Position numbers and translations under genes: made by a program. DNA of 64,000 bases, from the sequence record PQ374922.1; one strand, 5' to 3'. Under the pieces are notes generated by a model, which had not been told where the DNA came from, searched no databases, and worked only from the letters and a program-made list of their open reading frames with translations. The DNA is from a phage. This document shows, in pieces, positions 8,955 through 16,753 of the stretch. How positions within the stretch are numbered: the stretch's first letter is position 1; every line of letters begins with the position of its first letter.

Positions 8955-9437
8955 ATGTTAACACAACAGTCTCTTAAAGAAATTCTGCATTACGACGAAG
9001 ACACTGGGTGGTTTACATGGCTGACGGATCGTGGTGGTACTGCCAAAGCCGGAACAAGAGCTGGGTCTTTAAAACCTGACGGATACAGGGTTATAAGAAT
9101 CGGCGAGAAGAAGCATTTAGAACACAGGTTGGCATTTCTCTATAAAACTGGTTCATGGCCAAAGAAATTGGTCGACCACAAAAATCGTATAAGAGACGAC
9201 AACCGCTGGTTGAACCTTAGAGAATCTAATGAAAGCCAGAATGCCGTCAACACAGATTTGTATAGCCACAACACCACAGGCGCGAGGGGTGTATTTCGAT
9301 ACAAGAATAGATGGTGTGTGCAAATCAGAGTTAATGGGAAATATAGATCGTTTGGGTATTACGATGAATTCGAAGAAGCAAAGGAAATGGCGAACAAAGC
9401 CTACAAAGAATTGTTCGGAGAATTTTATCAAGGTTAG
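8955..9437 (+). CDS. HNH homing endonuclease with AP2-like DNA-binding domain
   Basis: GYRVIRIGEKKHLEHRLAFLY...VDHKNRIRDDNRWLNLRE (HNH) and GVFRYKNRWCVQIRVNGKYRSFGYYDEFEEA (AP2-like); inserted between the uvsX block and gene 41. Confidence 0.85.
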   Translation: MLTQQSLKEILHYDEDTGWFTWLTDRGGTAKAGTRAGSLKPDGYRVIRIGEKKHLEHRLAFLYKTGSWPKKLVDHKNRIRDDNRWLNLRESNESQNAVNTDLYSHNTTGARGVFRYKNRWCVQIRVNGKYRSFGYYDEFEEAKEMANKAYKELFGEFYQG

Positions 9438-9477
9438 TGTTTGGTCTCTGTCAAACCAGATAATTTAGGAACGCAAT

Positions 9478-10902
9478 ATGTTACTCGAATCTGTCGTGCT
9501 TTCACAGTTGATTTACAATGAAGATTACCAAAGAAAGATCCTGCCGTACCTGAAAGCCGATTATTTTGACAACGAAGGCGAAAAGGTCATCTTTGGTCTG
9601 ATTGACAGTTATACCTCAGAGTACAATGCCCGCCCGTCTGTCGAAGCACTATCTATAATTCTTGAACGGACAAAGCTGAACGAATATGTGTTTGACCAGG
9701 CGGTATCTGCCCTGGAGAACATCAACGACAACACCTTCAATGAAGAGTGGCTGGCGAAGGAAACCGAGGCTTGGGCGCGGCAAAAGGCCGTACACAACGC
9801 AATCAAGACCGCCGTTAACATCTACGGTGACGAGAAGCGCAAGGACGAGATGAACAACATCCCGACCATGTTGCAGGAAGCCCTGGCGATCCGGTTTGAT
9901 TCATACCTCGGTCACATCTATTGGGAGATGGCGGCAGAGCAGTATGACCACATGAACTCCAACGAGGCCAAGATCCCGTTCGCAGTTGAGATATTCAATA
10001 AGGCGACACGTGGTGGCGTTGGTAAGAAGACACTGAACATCGTAACAGGTGCGATCAACGCAGGTAAGACCACAACGCTGATTGACCTGACCGCAGGGTA
10101 CTCTGAGCAGGGGCTGAACGTCTTTGTCTTCACCCTTGAAGTGGCTGAGAACGTCTGGCGACACCGTCTTGATGCCCGTATCATGCGTCGCGACTTTGAG
10201 TCTTTAGAGAAACTCACAAGGCACGAGTATATTGCAACGATAGAGAAGCTCCGCAGTCGCCAAGATGGTGCGCCCAAGGGTGATATCGTCATCAAGGAAT
10301 ATCCTTCCGGTACTGGACACACAGGTTTATTCCGCCGCGATATCCTTGAGTACATCCAGGCAACTGGTCGTGCTCCTGATGTTATCGTTATTGACTATCT
10401 TGGCGAAGCTGCTTCCTCGCGCCTGCCTGCCCACCTGATGCAGAACACGAACGTCTATTACACGTCTGTGGCTCGTGAGTTTCGTGCGCTGGGATTTGAG
10501 TTTGATGTCCCTGTATGGACTGGTATGCAGTTCAATCGTGAGAATCAGAATAGCACTGATGGTGGAATCAGTGATTTGGCAGATGCTATCGGTATTCCGA
10601 AGGTGGCCGACTTCATCATGGCATTCTATGCTCCTGACGAACTGGCGGCGGTCAAGAAAGCCCGAGCCTCAATACTCAAGAACCGTTATGCCAACAAGCA
10701 GAAGCTGAAATCATTCCTGTTTGGTATGGACCAAGACAAACAGATCCTGTTTGACCTGGACTGGAATGAAGTTAAGAAGGACCTGACTGAGGCTGAGGCC
10801 AAATATGTCGAAAACGTACACATCAAACATGACCTCAACAAGTCCGGGGCTGCTGTCAGCGATGAGCAGAAAGCCCAAACGGTCAATAATTGGAAATTCT
10901 AG
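9478..10902 (+). CDS. 41: Replicative DNA helicase (gp41, DnaB-like)
   Basis: 474 aa; Walker A GAINAGKTTT; DnaB-like architecture; synteny with uvsX. Confidence 0.9.
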   Translation: MLLESVVLSQLIYNEDYQRKILPYLKADYFDNEGEKVIFGLIDSYTSEYNARPSVEALSIILERTKLNEYVFDQAVSALENINDNTFNEEWLAKETEAWARQKAVHNAIKTAVNIYGDEKRKDEMNNIPTMLQEALAIRFDSYLGHIYWEMAAEQYDHMNSNEAKIPFAVEIFNKATRGGVGKKTLNIVTGAINAGKTTTLIDLTAGYSEQGLNVFVFTLEVAENVWRHRLDARIMRRDFESLEKLTRHEYIATIEKLRSRQDGAPKGDIVIKEYPSGTGHTGLFRRDILEYIQATGRAPDVIVIDYLGEAASSRLPAHLMQNTNVYYTSVAREFRALGFEFDVPVWTGMQFNRENQNSTDGGISDLADAIGIPKVADFIMAFYAPDELAAVKKARASILKNRYANKQKLKSFLFGMDQDKQILFDLDWNEVKKDLTEAEAKYVENVHIKHDLNKSGAAVSDEQKAQTVNNWKF

Positions 10903-10906
10903 GCAA

Positions 10907-10943
10907 TTCAATAAGGCGGGTCATAGGGTATAATTCTATGATC
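10907..10943 (+). promoter_or_regulatory. Early-promoter stem-loop (TTCAATAA, then hairpin with TATAAT in the loop)
   Basis: TTCAATAA at 10907-10914; hairpin tcatag-ggTATAATt-ctatga at 10921-10941; about 25 nt upstream of the 10967 ATG. Confidence 0.4.
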
Positions 10944-10966
10944 TGAATGTAAACCAGGAGCACATC

Positions 10967-11302
10967 ATGTCACACAATGATTTTATGGCTGGCCTGGTGC
11001 AGGCCGCCAAACAGGTGTGCCACACCAAACAAGCGATTGAGCTGAGTCCGGAGCAGACTCTGGAGTTCTTCAACAATCGTAAAATCTGGGAGGAATATGG
11101 AATTGGTATGATATGCCAAGAGGGTGAACTCGTACAGCTGGATCTACCGTCATTTCCCCTTCCAGTGCGCACCAACACAGTGGAATGGTATACGACGGAA
11201 GATGGTGTAGAGATCATCCCGAAGTTCCAGTATCACTCAATCGTAAACTTCTTTTTACGCCGTTGCGGGACTAATCTGATCCCACGAGGTATGAGATCTT
11301 AA
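10967..11302 (+). CDS. Hypothetical protein (111 aa)
   Basis: ATG with AGGAG RBS. Confidence 0.5.
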   Translation: MSHNDFMAGLVQAAKQVCHTKQAIELSPEQTLEFFNNRKIWEEYGIGMICQEGELVQLDLPSFPLPVRTNTVEWYTTEDGVEIIPKFQYHSIVNFFLRRCGTNLIPRGMRS

Positions 11303-11317
11303 CAAGAGGAACACCAA

Positions 11318-11632
11318 ATGTCTGTAGAACAAATCGGCTTTTATGTACTACCATCTGATCCTGAATCCCGTCGCAAGCTGATAGGTGCGATTGAAAACTG
11401 TCGTGCCGCCCAGGTCCGCATCAAGTCGGAACAGACTTTCATTACTGAGACTCTGGCCGAGCTGGCGAAAGACACGGGTATCAAGGCCAGCGATTTGCGC
11501 AAGGTTGTATCCGACCGCGCCAATGGAACTTACCATAAGACGATCGAAACGAGCGAGAAATATCAAGACTTATACGAGTCTCTATTCCCGAACGCCAAGC
11601 CCGATCGAGATCCGAATGCCAGTGGCGAATAA
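11318..11632 (+). CDS. Hypothetical protein (104 aa)
   Basis: ATG with GAGGAA RBS; followed by a strong terminator. Confidence 0.5.
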   Translation: MSVEQIGFYVLPSDPESRRKLIGAIENCRAAQVRIKSEQTFITETLAELAKDTGIKASDLRKVVSDRANGTYHKTIETSEKYQDLYESLFPNAKPDRDPNASGE

Positions 11633-11651
11633 GTCAATCGAACACCAAGAA

Positions 11652-11675
11652 GCCCAGTCAAGTACTGGGCTTTTT
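11652..11675 (+). terminator. Rho-independent terminator
   Basis: gcccagt-caagt-actgggc stem-loop followed by TTTTT. Confidence 0.6.
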
Positions 11676-11759
11676 AACTTCAATAACTTTACTTTCAAGA
11701 AATAATCGCCTAATATTTAATCTGTATTGAAGAGTTACAACTACATCATGAGGCTGGAA

Positions 11760-12953
11760 ATGAACGTCAAAACATTCAATATTCCGATCGACAATGAAGG
11801 GTTGGTAGTTGAGCGACTGAAGAAGCTCGAGCGCACTGCCGAAAGGTTGGGTGTTCCGTTTCCGACTGTGACTTATGGTGAACCCTTCAAAACCCACACC
11901 CGCGACTTCACTGGTGAGATCCTTACTCACTGGTGGAAACCTGTTACTCTCGAAGGCGAAGGCATTGACCGCCCCATCTCTTATGGTGGCTGGAAGATCA
12001 TCGGTCAGTTCAATCACGAATATCCAAAGGTTATTCTTAACCGCCTGTCCGACAACATCAATCCCGACTTCATCCGTCGCTTCGAGGCAGAGAACGTCTC
12101 TTGGTGTCAGCATTGCAATCTAGCCATCCGTCGCAAGAACACATATGTGATTGAAAATGAGGAAACGCACACCCAGATGCTGATTGGTAGCACCTGTATG
12201 CATCATTATGTGCCTCATCAGAAGTCCCTTGACGCGATTATGTCTTACTATCTGGAAATCCAAGAGTTCTTCATGCCAGACGAGGACGACCCAGAGGGTA
12301 TATATCGCGTCCAAAATGAGCGCTTCACCGACACCCACAGTTACCTGCGCGCATGCTTCCAGGTAATGCTGGCAGGCGTGGATATCAAGTCTGAACTGTT
12401 TGACAAAGTACTGGGCTATGTCCGGTCTCACCAGAAACCAAAAGCAGGTTCCGATGAAGAGTATTTCGTAAACAAGGCACACGAATACCGTGAAGATGCC
12501 GAGTCGGAAATGTACCATATGAAGCTCTTCATCAGTGCGCTGTCCGAATCCAATGAGTTCAATGTCCGCCTGAAACGCATGTGTGAACCCGGCTATCACC
12601 TCATCAAGGATAACAACACAGTCCGCTGGGGTGCCAAGAAGTATTACGATTACATCCATCGTCCTCGTACTGACCGCAAGGCGGAGAACAAATGGGTGGG
12701 CGAAGTCGGTGAAATGCTGGAAGTGCAAGTCAGGTTCGACAAGCGCACCTTCCTCTTCTCCAATGAATATGGTGATAGTTACCTGTTTACTTTCAAAACA
12801 GCAGAAGGCAATACAATTACATGGAAGACCTCTTATATGGATACAGAGTTCTTGCAGGGCGATATGATCATCCGTGGTCGTGTCAAAGAACTGACTGAGT
12901 ACAACGGCGTTAAACAAACTCAGGTCACCAGAGCCAAATTGAGGAAATTATGA
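11760..12953 (+). CDS. Hypothetical protein with Cys/His cluster (putative zinc-binding), about 397 aa
   Basis: CQHCNLAIRRKNTYVIENEETHTQMLIGSTCMHH; ATG at 11760 with GAGG RBS (the ORF table allows a TTG at 11727). Sits where gene 61 would be in T4, but no Toprim motif was found. Confidence 0.55.
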   Translation: MNVKTFNIPIDNEGLVVERLKKLERTAERLGVPFPTVTYGEPFKTHTRDFTGEILTHWWKPVTLEGEGIDRPISYGGWKIIGQFNHEYPKVILNRLSDNINPDFIRRFEAENVSWCQHCNLAIRRKNTYVIENEETHTQMLIGSTCMHHYVPHQKSLDAIMSYYLEIQEFFMPDEDDPEGIYRVQNERFTDTHSYLRACFQVMLAGVDIKSELFDKVLGYVRSHQKPKAGSDEEYFVNKAHEYREDAESEMYHMKLFISALSESNEFNVRLKRMCEPGYHLIKDNNTVRWGAKKYYDYIHRPRTDRKAENKWVGEVGEMLEVQVRFDKRTFLFSNEYGDSYLFTFKTAEGNTITWKTSYMDTEFLQGDMIIRGRVKELTEYNGVKQTQVTRAKLRKL

Positions 12954-13066
12954 ATTTAATTGAGTTTGTCCTGAAGTCGTTCGCCTTTGGTCTGATAGCA
13001 TGCGGGATGATTACAGCTGTGCTTCTCATCATAGCCCTGGTCATCCCCTTTAAGAGGAAACGTTGA
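12950..13066 (+). CDS. Small hydrophobic protein (38 aa, one TM helix)
   Basis: ATGA overlap with the upstream stop and TGATG overlap with the downstream start; GAGGAA RBS; sequence MNLIEFVLKSFAFGLIACGMITAVLLIIALVIPFKRKR. Confidence 0.4.
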   Translation: MNLIEFVLKSFAFGLIACGMITAVLLIIALVIPFKRKR

Positions 13067-13278
13067 TGGAATGTTCATGCGGAGGGCAGGGCACAAGTGC
13101 TTACCTGCCATTCACCACTGTGAAGGAAGCCGAAGCCGCTGGATTTGCCGTGGACAAGGCTCCCTGTGTAATCGCCACGAAGGATTGCCCGTGCTGTAAG
13201 AGGCACTCTCAGGACGTCTTCTACGCCCCTGATGCGCGTCCGGCTACGGTCAACCTGCTCTCACTGATGAGGAAGTGA
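13066..13278 (+). CDS. Small Cys-rich protein (about 70 aa)
   Basis: CSCGG...CPCCKRH motifs; translationally coupled to the small TM ORF. Confidence 0.45.
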   Translation: MECSCGGQGTSAYLPFTTVKEAEAAGFAVDKAPCVIATKDCPCCKRHSQDVFYAPDARPATVNLLSLMRK

Positions 13279-13452
13279 CATGCGCGAGTATTTCAACTGG
13301 CTGTTGGGTAAGCCCCTGATGCGCTGAGATCCGTTGTCTAATCGATGCCATTGACGCCCGACAACACAAGCGCCGGATTAATCACACAGAGGCTCAGGCC
13401 GAAATTAAAATCGTGAAGAAGTCCACAAGGCTCTGGGTTTCATAACAAATAA

Positions 13453-13485
13453 TTCAATAAACTATTCACCCATATAATACATGGG
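13453..13485 (+). promoter_or_regulatory. Early-promoter stem-loop (TTCAATAA, then cccat-ATAATAC-atggg)
   Basis: Same architecture as at 10907, about 25 nt upstream of the 13507 ATG. Confidence 0.35.
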
Positions 13486-13506
13486 AACTTACAGAAGGAA
13501 CAGACC

Positions 13507-13848
13507 ATGACTACACTCGTAGAAACATTATTCCCAGGCTGCGTGCTTGGGCGCGGTGGATCCGAAGCCAACGGGCTACCGATTGACGTCGAACCTCAGA
13601 ACTGTGTTATTGTTGACAAGTTTCACGACAACCATTATGCCCTGAACAATCGTCGTGACCACTATCTTGTTTCCGTAGGAGATTCTTTGGTCAGTCTGCG
13701 CATCTGCAAGGCTATGCCAGGATCCGGCTATGGAGCATTCGCCTATATTCACAGCGTGTCAAATGACGAGCTGGGTAAAGAAGCTCTGGTTGAAAAATTC
13801 AAGAGTTGGAAGGATTCTTTCACCTCAATTGAACCTCCGAAGAAATAA
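13507..13848 (+). CDS. Hypothetical protein (113 aa)
   Basis: ATG with GAAGGAA RBS. Confidence 0.5.
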   Translation: MTTLVETLFPGCVLGRGGSEANGLPIDVEPQNCVIVDKFHDNHYALNNRRDHYLVSVGDSLVSLRICKAMPGSGYGAFAYIHSVSNDELGKEALVEKFKSWKDSFTSIEPPKK

Positions 13849-13908
13849 CTGAGGACTACACACTGACCTCATTATCGGTCAGGCAAAATCTCACACCCGC
13901 CAATAATC

Positions 13909-13951
13909 TATTGAAGTCCCCAGGGTTATAATAGCAGCACATATAACCCTG
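13909..13951 (+). promoter_or_regulatory. Early-promoter stem-loop upstream of DNA ligase
   Basis: TATTGAAG followed by a 10-bp hairpin cagggttata/tataaccctg containing TATAAT; shares the tataatagcagc core with the 4155 element. Confidence 0.4.
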
Positions 13952-13961
13952 GAGACACCAC

Positions 13962-15392
13962 ATGATCCCTATCCTTGAAACAGTCCACCGACTTCGCGAA
14001 ACCAAAGGCAGCAATGCGAAGAAAGCCGTGCTGACCGAAGCATTCAAGAACAACCCAGACTTGGCAGACTTCCTGCAATATGTCTATGACCCAATGACGT
14101 CGTTCTATCGGACTGAGTTGAAGCTCAGCGCGTACCCTCGCATGCTCGTCCGTGAGAAGACTGATGACATCAGCGAAGTCTATGACGTCCTCGACCAGAT
14201 GGCACAGCGCCTTGTCGGTGGCCAAAAGGCTGATGCCCTGTTGGCCTCTGTCGCCCTGAAGATGGATCCCCAATACCACGAACTCATTCAGATGATCCTA
14301 GACCGTGATATCAAGGCGGGTATCGCTGAGAAGGGCATCAACGCTGCATTCAACGCCGCCGGAGGCACTGGACGCCTGATCAACATTCTTCCATATCATC
14401 GTTATGACAACATGACGATTGACCTGCTGAAGAAGATGGACTTCAAGCGCGGCGTCTACAGCCAGCTGAAGTCAGACGGTATGTTCGCCAACATCATCTG
14501 TCGTTACAACAAAGAGCCTGAGATTCGCTCTCGCTCCGGTTCCCTTATTGCAGGCGGTTCGGTTGATAACCTTTCACTGGTGTTCAAAGACCTGATCTAC
14601 GATGCGGGGATTGGTGAGAGTGTGTTCCATGGTGAACTTCTCGTTGTTGACCTCAAGTCGAATACCATCCTGCCTCGTGCTGTCGGTAACGGTAAACTCA
14701 ACAGCGTGATTCAGACAGGAGAACCCCTAGAAGATCGTTATCGGGTGATCTACCGGGTGTGGGATGTTGTCCCGTACGACAACTGGTTCAACTCCCAGCG
14801 CGTGGACACCCCGTATGAGCGCCGCTTCGATATCATCCAGCAACTGTTTGATGAAGACGACGGTCTGGTTCAGGTTCAAGAAACCCGCGTTGTTCACTCA
14901 TTTGCCGAAGCCGTTGACCACTTCAAAGACGCGCTGGCTCGCAAAGAAGAAGGCACGATATGTAAGGCCGCCGACATGCCTTGGGAAGATGGTACTTCTT
15001 CTGAAGGTCTGAAGCTGAAGATGGAGGTTGAGTGTGACCTTGAAATCGTGGGCTTCAACGAGGCTGACAAGAAGGGTAAACACGCCAAGACTTTTGGCTC
15101 ACTGATTTGTAAAACTTCCGACAGCCTGCTTGTTGTTGGCGTATCAGGGATCTCAGATGAGCTGAGACGCCATATGTGGGAGAACCAGGGCGACTACATT
15201 GGCAAGATCGCCGCAGTGCTCTCCAATGGCGTACAGGATAAGACAGATGATGCGATGAAGTCTTTGTTCCTGCCTCGCCTTGTAGAAGTCCGCATTGACA
15301 AGAAAGTGGCCAACACACTGGATGAAGTCTATGCGATACAGAAAGCGTACATCGAAAACATCGCATTCCTGTTGGAGAAGAGTAATGGGTGA
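13962..15392 (+). CDS. 30: ATP-dependent DNA ligase (T4 gp30-like)
   Basis: 476 aa; nucleotidyltransferase motif I KxDG in YSQLKSDGMFA (cf. T4 QLKADGARCF); N-terminal region similar to T4 ligase. Confidence 0.9.
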   Translation: MIPILETVHRLRETKGSNAKKAVLTEAFKNNPDLADFLQYVYDPMTSFYRTELKLSAYPRMLVREKTDDISEVYDVLDQMAQRLVGGQKADALLASVALKMDPQYHELIQMILDRDIKAGIAEKGINAAFNAAGGTGRLINILPYHRYDNMTIDLLKKMDFKRGVYSQLKSDGMFANIICRYNKEPEIRSRSGSLIAGGSVDNLSLVFKDLIYDAGIGESVFHGELLVVDLKSNTILPRAVGNGKLNSVIQTGEPLEDRYRVIYRVWDVVPYDNWFNSQRVDTPYERRFDIIQQLFDEDDGLVQVQETRVVHSFAEAVDHFKDALARKEEGTICKAADMPWEDGTSSEGLKLKMEVECDLEIVGFNEADKKGKHAKTFGSLICKTSDSLLVVGVSGISDELRRHMWENQGDYIGKIAAVLSNGVQDKTDDAMKSLFLPRLVEVRIDKKVANTLDEVYAIQKAYIENIAFLLEKSNG

Positions 15393-15618
15393 GTATATGA
15401 GTTTCTGGTGGGCGAAGTTCTTGGTTGAACTTCAGATATCCGGCATCGTCTTCTTGATCGCCGTGATCCTAGTTGCCCGTTCGGCGTTCAAGCAATGGCG
15501 CTGCAAACACAGCACCTATCGTGAGAACCATGCTTGCCATGCTATCTGCACCCATTGCGGGAAGGATCTTGGGTTTGTGGGTACTGTCCGCAAGATGAAG
15601 AATCACAAAGAGGTGTGA
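15385..15618 (+). CDS. Small membrane protein with C-terminal Cys/His cluster (about 77 aa)
   Basis: ATG overlapping the ligase stop; one TM helix (IVFLIAVILVA) then CKH...HACHAICTHCG. Confidence 0.45.
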   Translation: MGEYMSFWWAKFLVELQISGIVFLIAVILVARSAFKQWRCKHSTYRENHACHAICTHCGKDLGFVGTVRKMKNHKEV

Positions 15619-15622
15619 TCTG

Positions 15623-15880
15623 ATGGACGAGCTATTCGCATTGGTGATTGCATTAACGTTCTTACTGTCCTTGATTATCAGCTCGCTTGTGTTGTTGCTG
15701 GTGTGGATAGCTATTCCCGAGATCAATAACCACAAGGCGCTCGTTGTCGTGATTATCCTAGGTCTGAGTGCTTCCCTCACTCTTCACTATTCCAAACAGG
15801 AGTATAATCCTAACAAATATTATAAGACATTAGCGGACAAGTATCATGAGTTTAAGAATGAAAGAGCTTCCGGTAAATGA
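15623..15880 (+). CDS. Small membrane protein (85 aa, two TM helices)
   Basis: Hydrophobic segments LVIALTFLLSLIISSLVLLLVWIAI and LVVVIILGLSASLTL. Confidence 0.5.
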   Translation: MDELFALVIALTFLLSLIISSLVLLLVWIAIPEINNHKALVVVIILGLSASLTLHYSKQEYNPNKYYKTLADKYHEFKNERASGK

Positions 15881-16100
15881 CAAGAAGTACATGTACAAGG
15901 TTCTGCTGAGCCTCGGGGTGTCACAATCTGGGCTGGCTCGTTTATTGGATTGTTCTAATGTTGTGAACTACTGGGCGAAGGGTTATCGTGTTGTCCCCCG
16001 CTCCTTCCGTCGCTTCATCCTGGTGTTACAGTTCATCAAGAAGAAAGGGCTGATGGAAGAGTTATTGCAATTTATTAAAGAAGAGGAACGCAAATGCTAA
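15846..16100 (+). CDS. Small helix-turn-helix DNA-binding protein
   Basis: GVSQSGLARLLDCSNVVNYWAKG resembles an XRE/Cro-type HTH; overlaps neighbours, so the start is uncertain. Confidence 0.45.
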   Translation: MSLRMKELPVNDKKYMYKVLLSLGVSQSGLARLLDCSNVVNYWAKGYRVVPRSFRRFILVLQFIKKKGLMEELLQFIKEEERKC

Positions 16101-16753
16101 CAGAGTGGCAGAAGATGGAGTTCGAGCGGGCGTTCAACGTTTACTGTGTCTTCATGGCGATCAAGCTGCACTTCACCACTAAGGACTTCGATTACAGCTT
16201 GTATGGACCGATGAATTACAAGTTCGAGACGTTCTTGGCGAAGGAGGCCGTGTGCAAACAGTTTGCTCGCCTTGCCCGTCGGTTCGAGTCATCACAGGGT
16301 GAAGTGGTAGAGAACTACATCATTGCCAACTTCATCAAATCACCCAAGACCTGGGTGACGACATTGCTTACACGCCAGGCTCAGGCCAATTATGATGAAT
16401 ACCGTAAGCTGTACGAGAACTTCACATATAACTTCCTTGAGGAGTTCGAGCGGGAGATGATCCCTGCCATAAGGGAGCGCAACTGCACCTTCATTGAGTA
16501 CATCAAGGGGACGGGTACAGGTCATCCACCGTTGCTGACAGACATCATCATCAAGAAGTTCCCGATTTGGTTCCTTGTCGGTCTGAACAAGATCGTTGGT
16601 TTCATTCATCTATACGATACGATTCTGCGTGATGACATCTACTGGAACTCAGAGGCGTTCTTGCTCAGGAAGACGAATGCTGTGGTTCCGGATGAGGATA
16701 CCACATATTCAAAACAGAGACTCCGTGAGCTAATACAAGCCCACGGAATCTGA
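16094..16753 (+). CDS. Hypothetical protein (219 aa)
   Basis: ORF overlapping the HTH gene by 7 nt (start codon inside its 3' end); no motif recognised. Confidence 0.5.
   Translation: MLTEWQKMEFERAFNVYCVFMAIKLHFTTKDFDYSLYGPMNYKFETFLAKEAVCKQFARLARRFESSQGEVVENYIIANFIKSPKTWVTTLLTRQAQANYDEYRKLYENFTYNFLEEFEREMIPAIRERNCTFIEYIKGTGTGHPPLLTDIIIKKFPIWFLVGLNKIVGFIHLYDTILRDDIYWNSEAFLLRKTNAVVPDEDTTYSKQRLRELIQAHGI

Noticed and set aside
12120-12917. Long antisense ORFs inside confident genes (for example 12120-12917 -, 3292-3942 -, 17079-17987 +, 25814-26932 +, 44305-45414 +, 50110-51291 +)
   Set aside because: They lie opposite or overlapping well-supported genes with recognisable motifs and have odd composition; treated as shadow ORFs.
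11760-12953. Calling this gene DNA primase gp61 on synteny alone
   Set aside because: No Toprim EGxxD/DxD motifs recognised; kept as a hypothetical zinc-binding protein.
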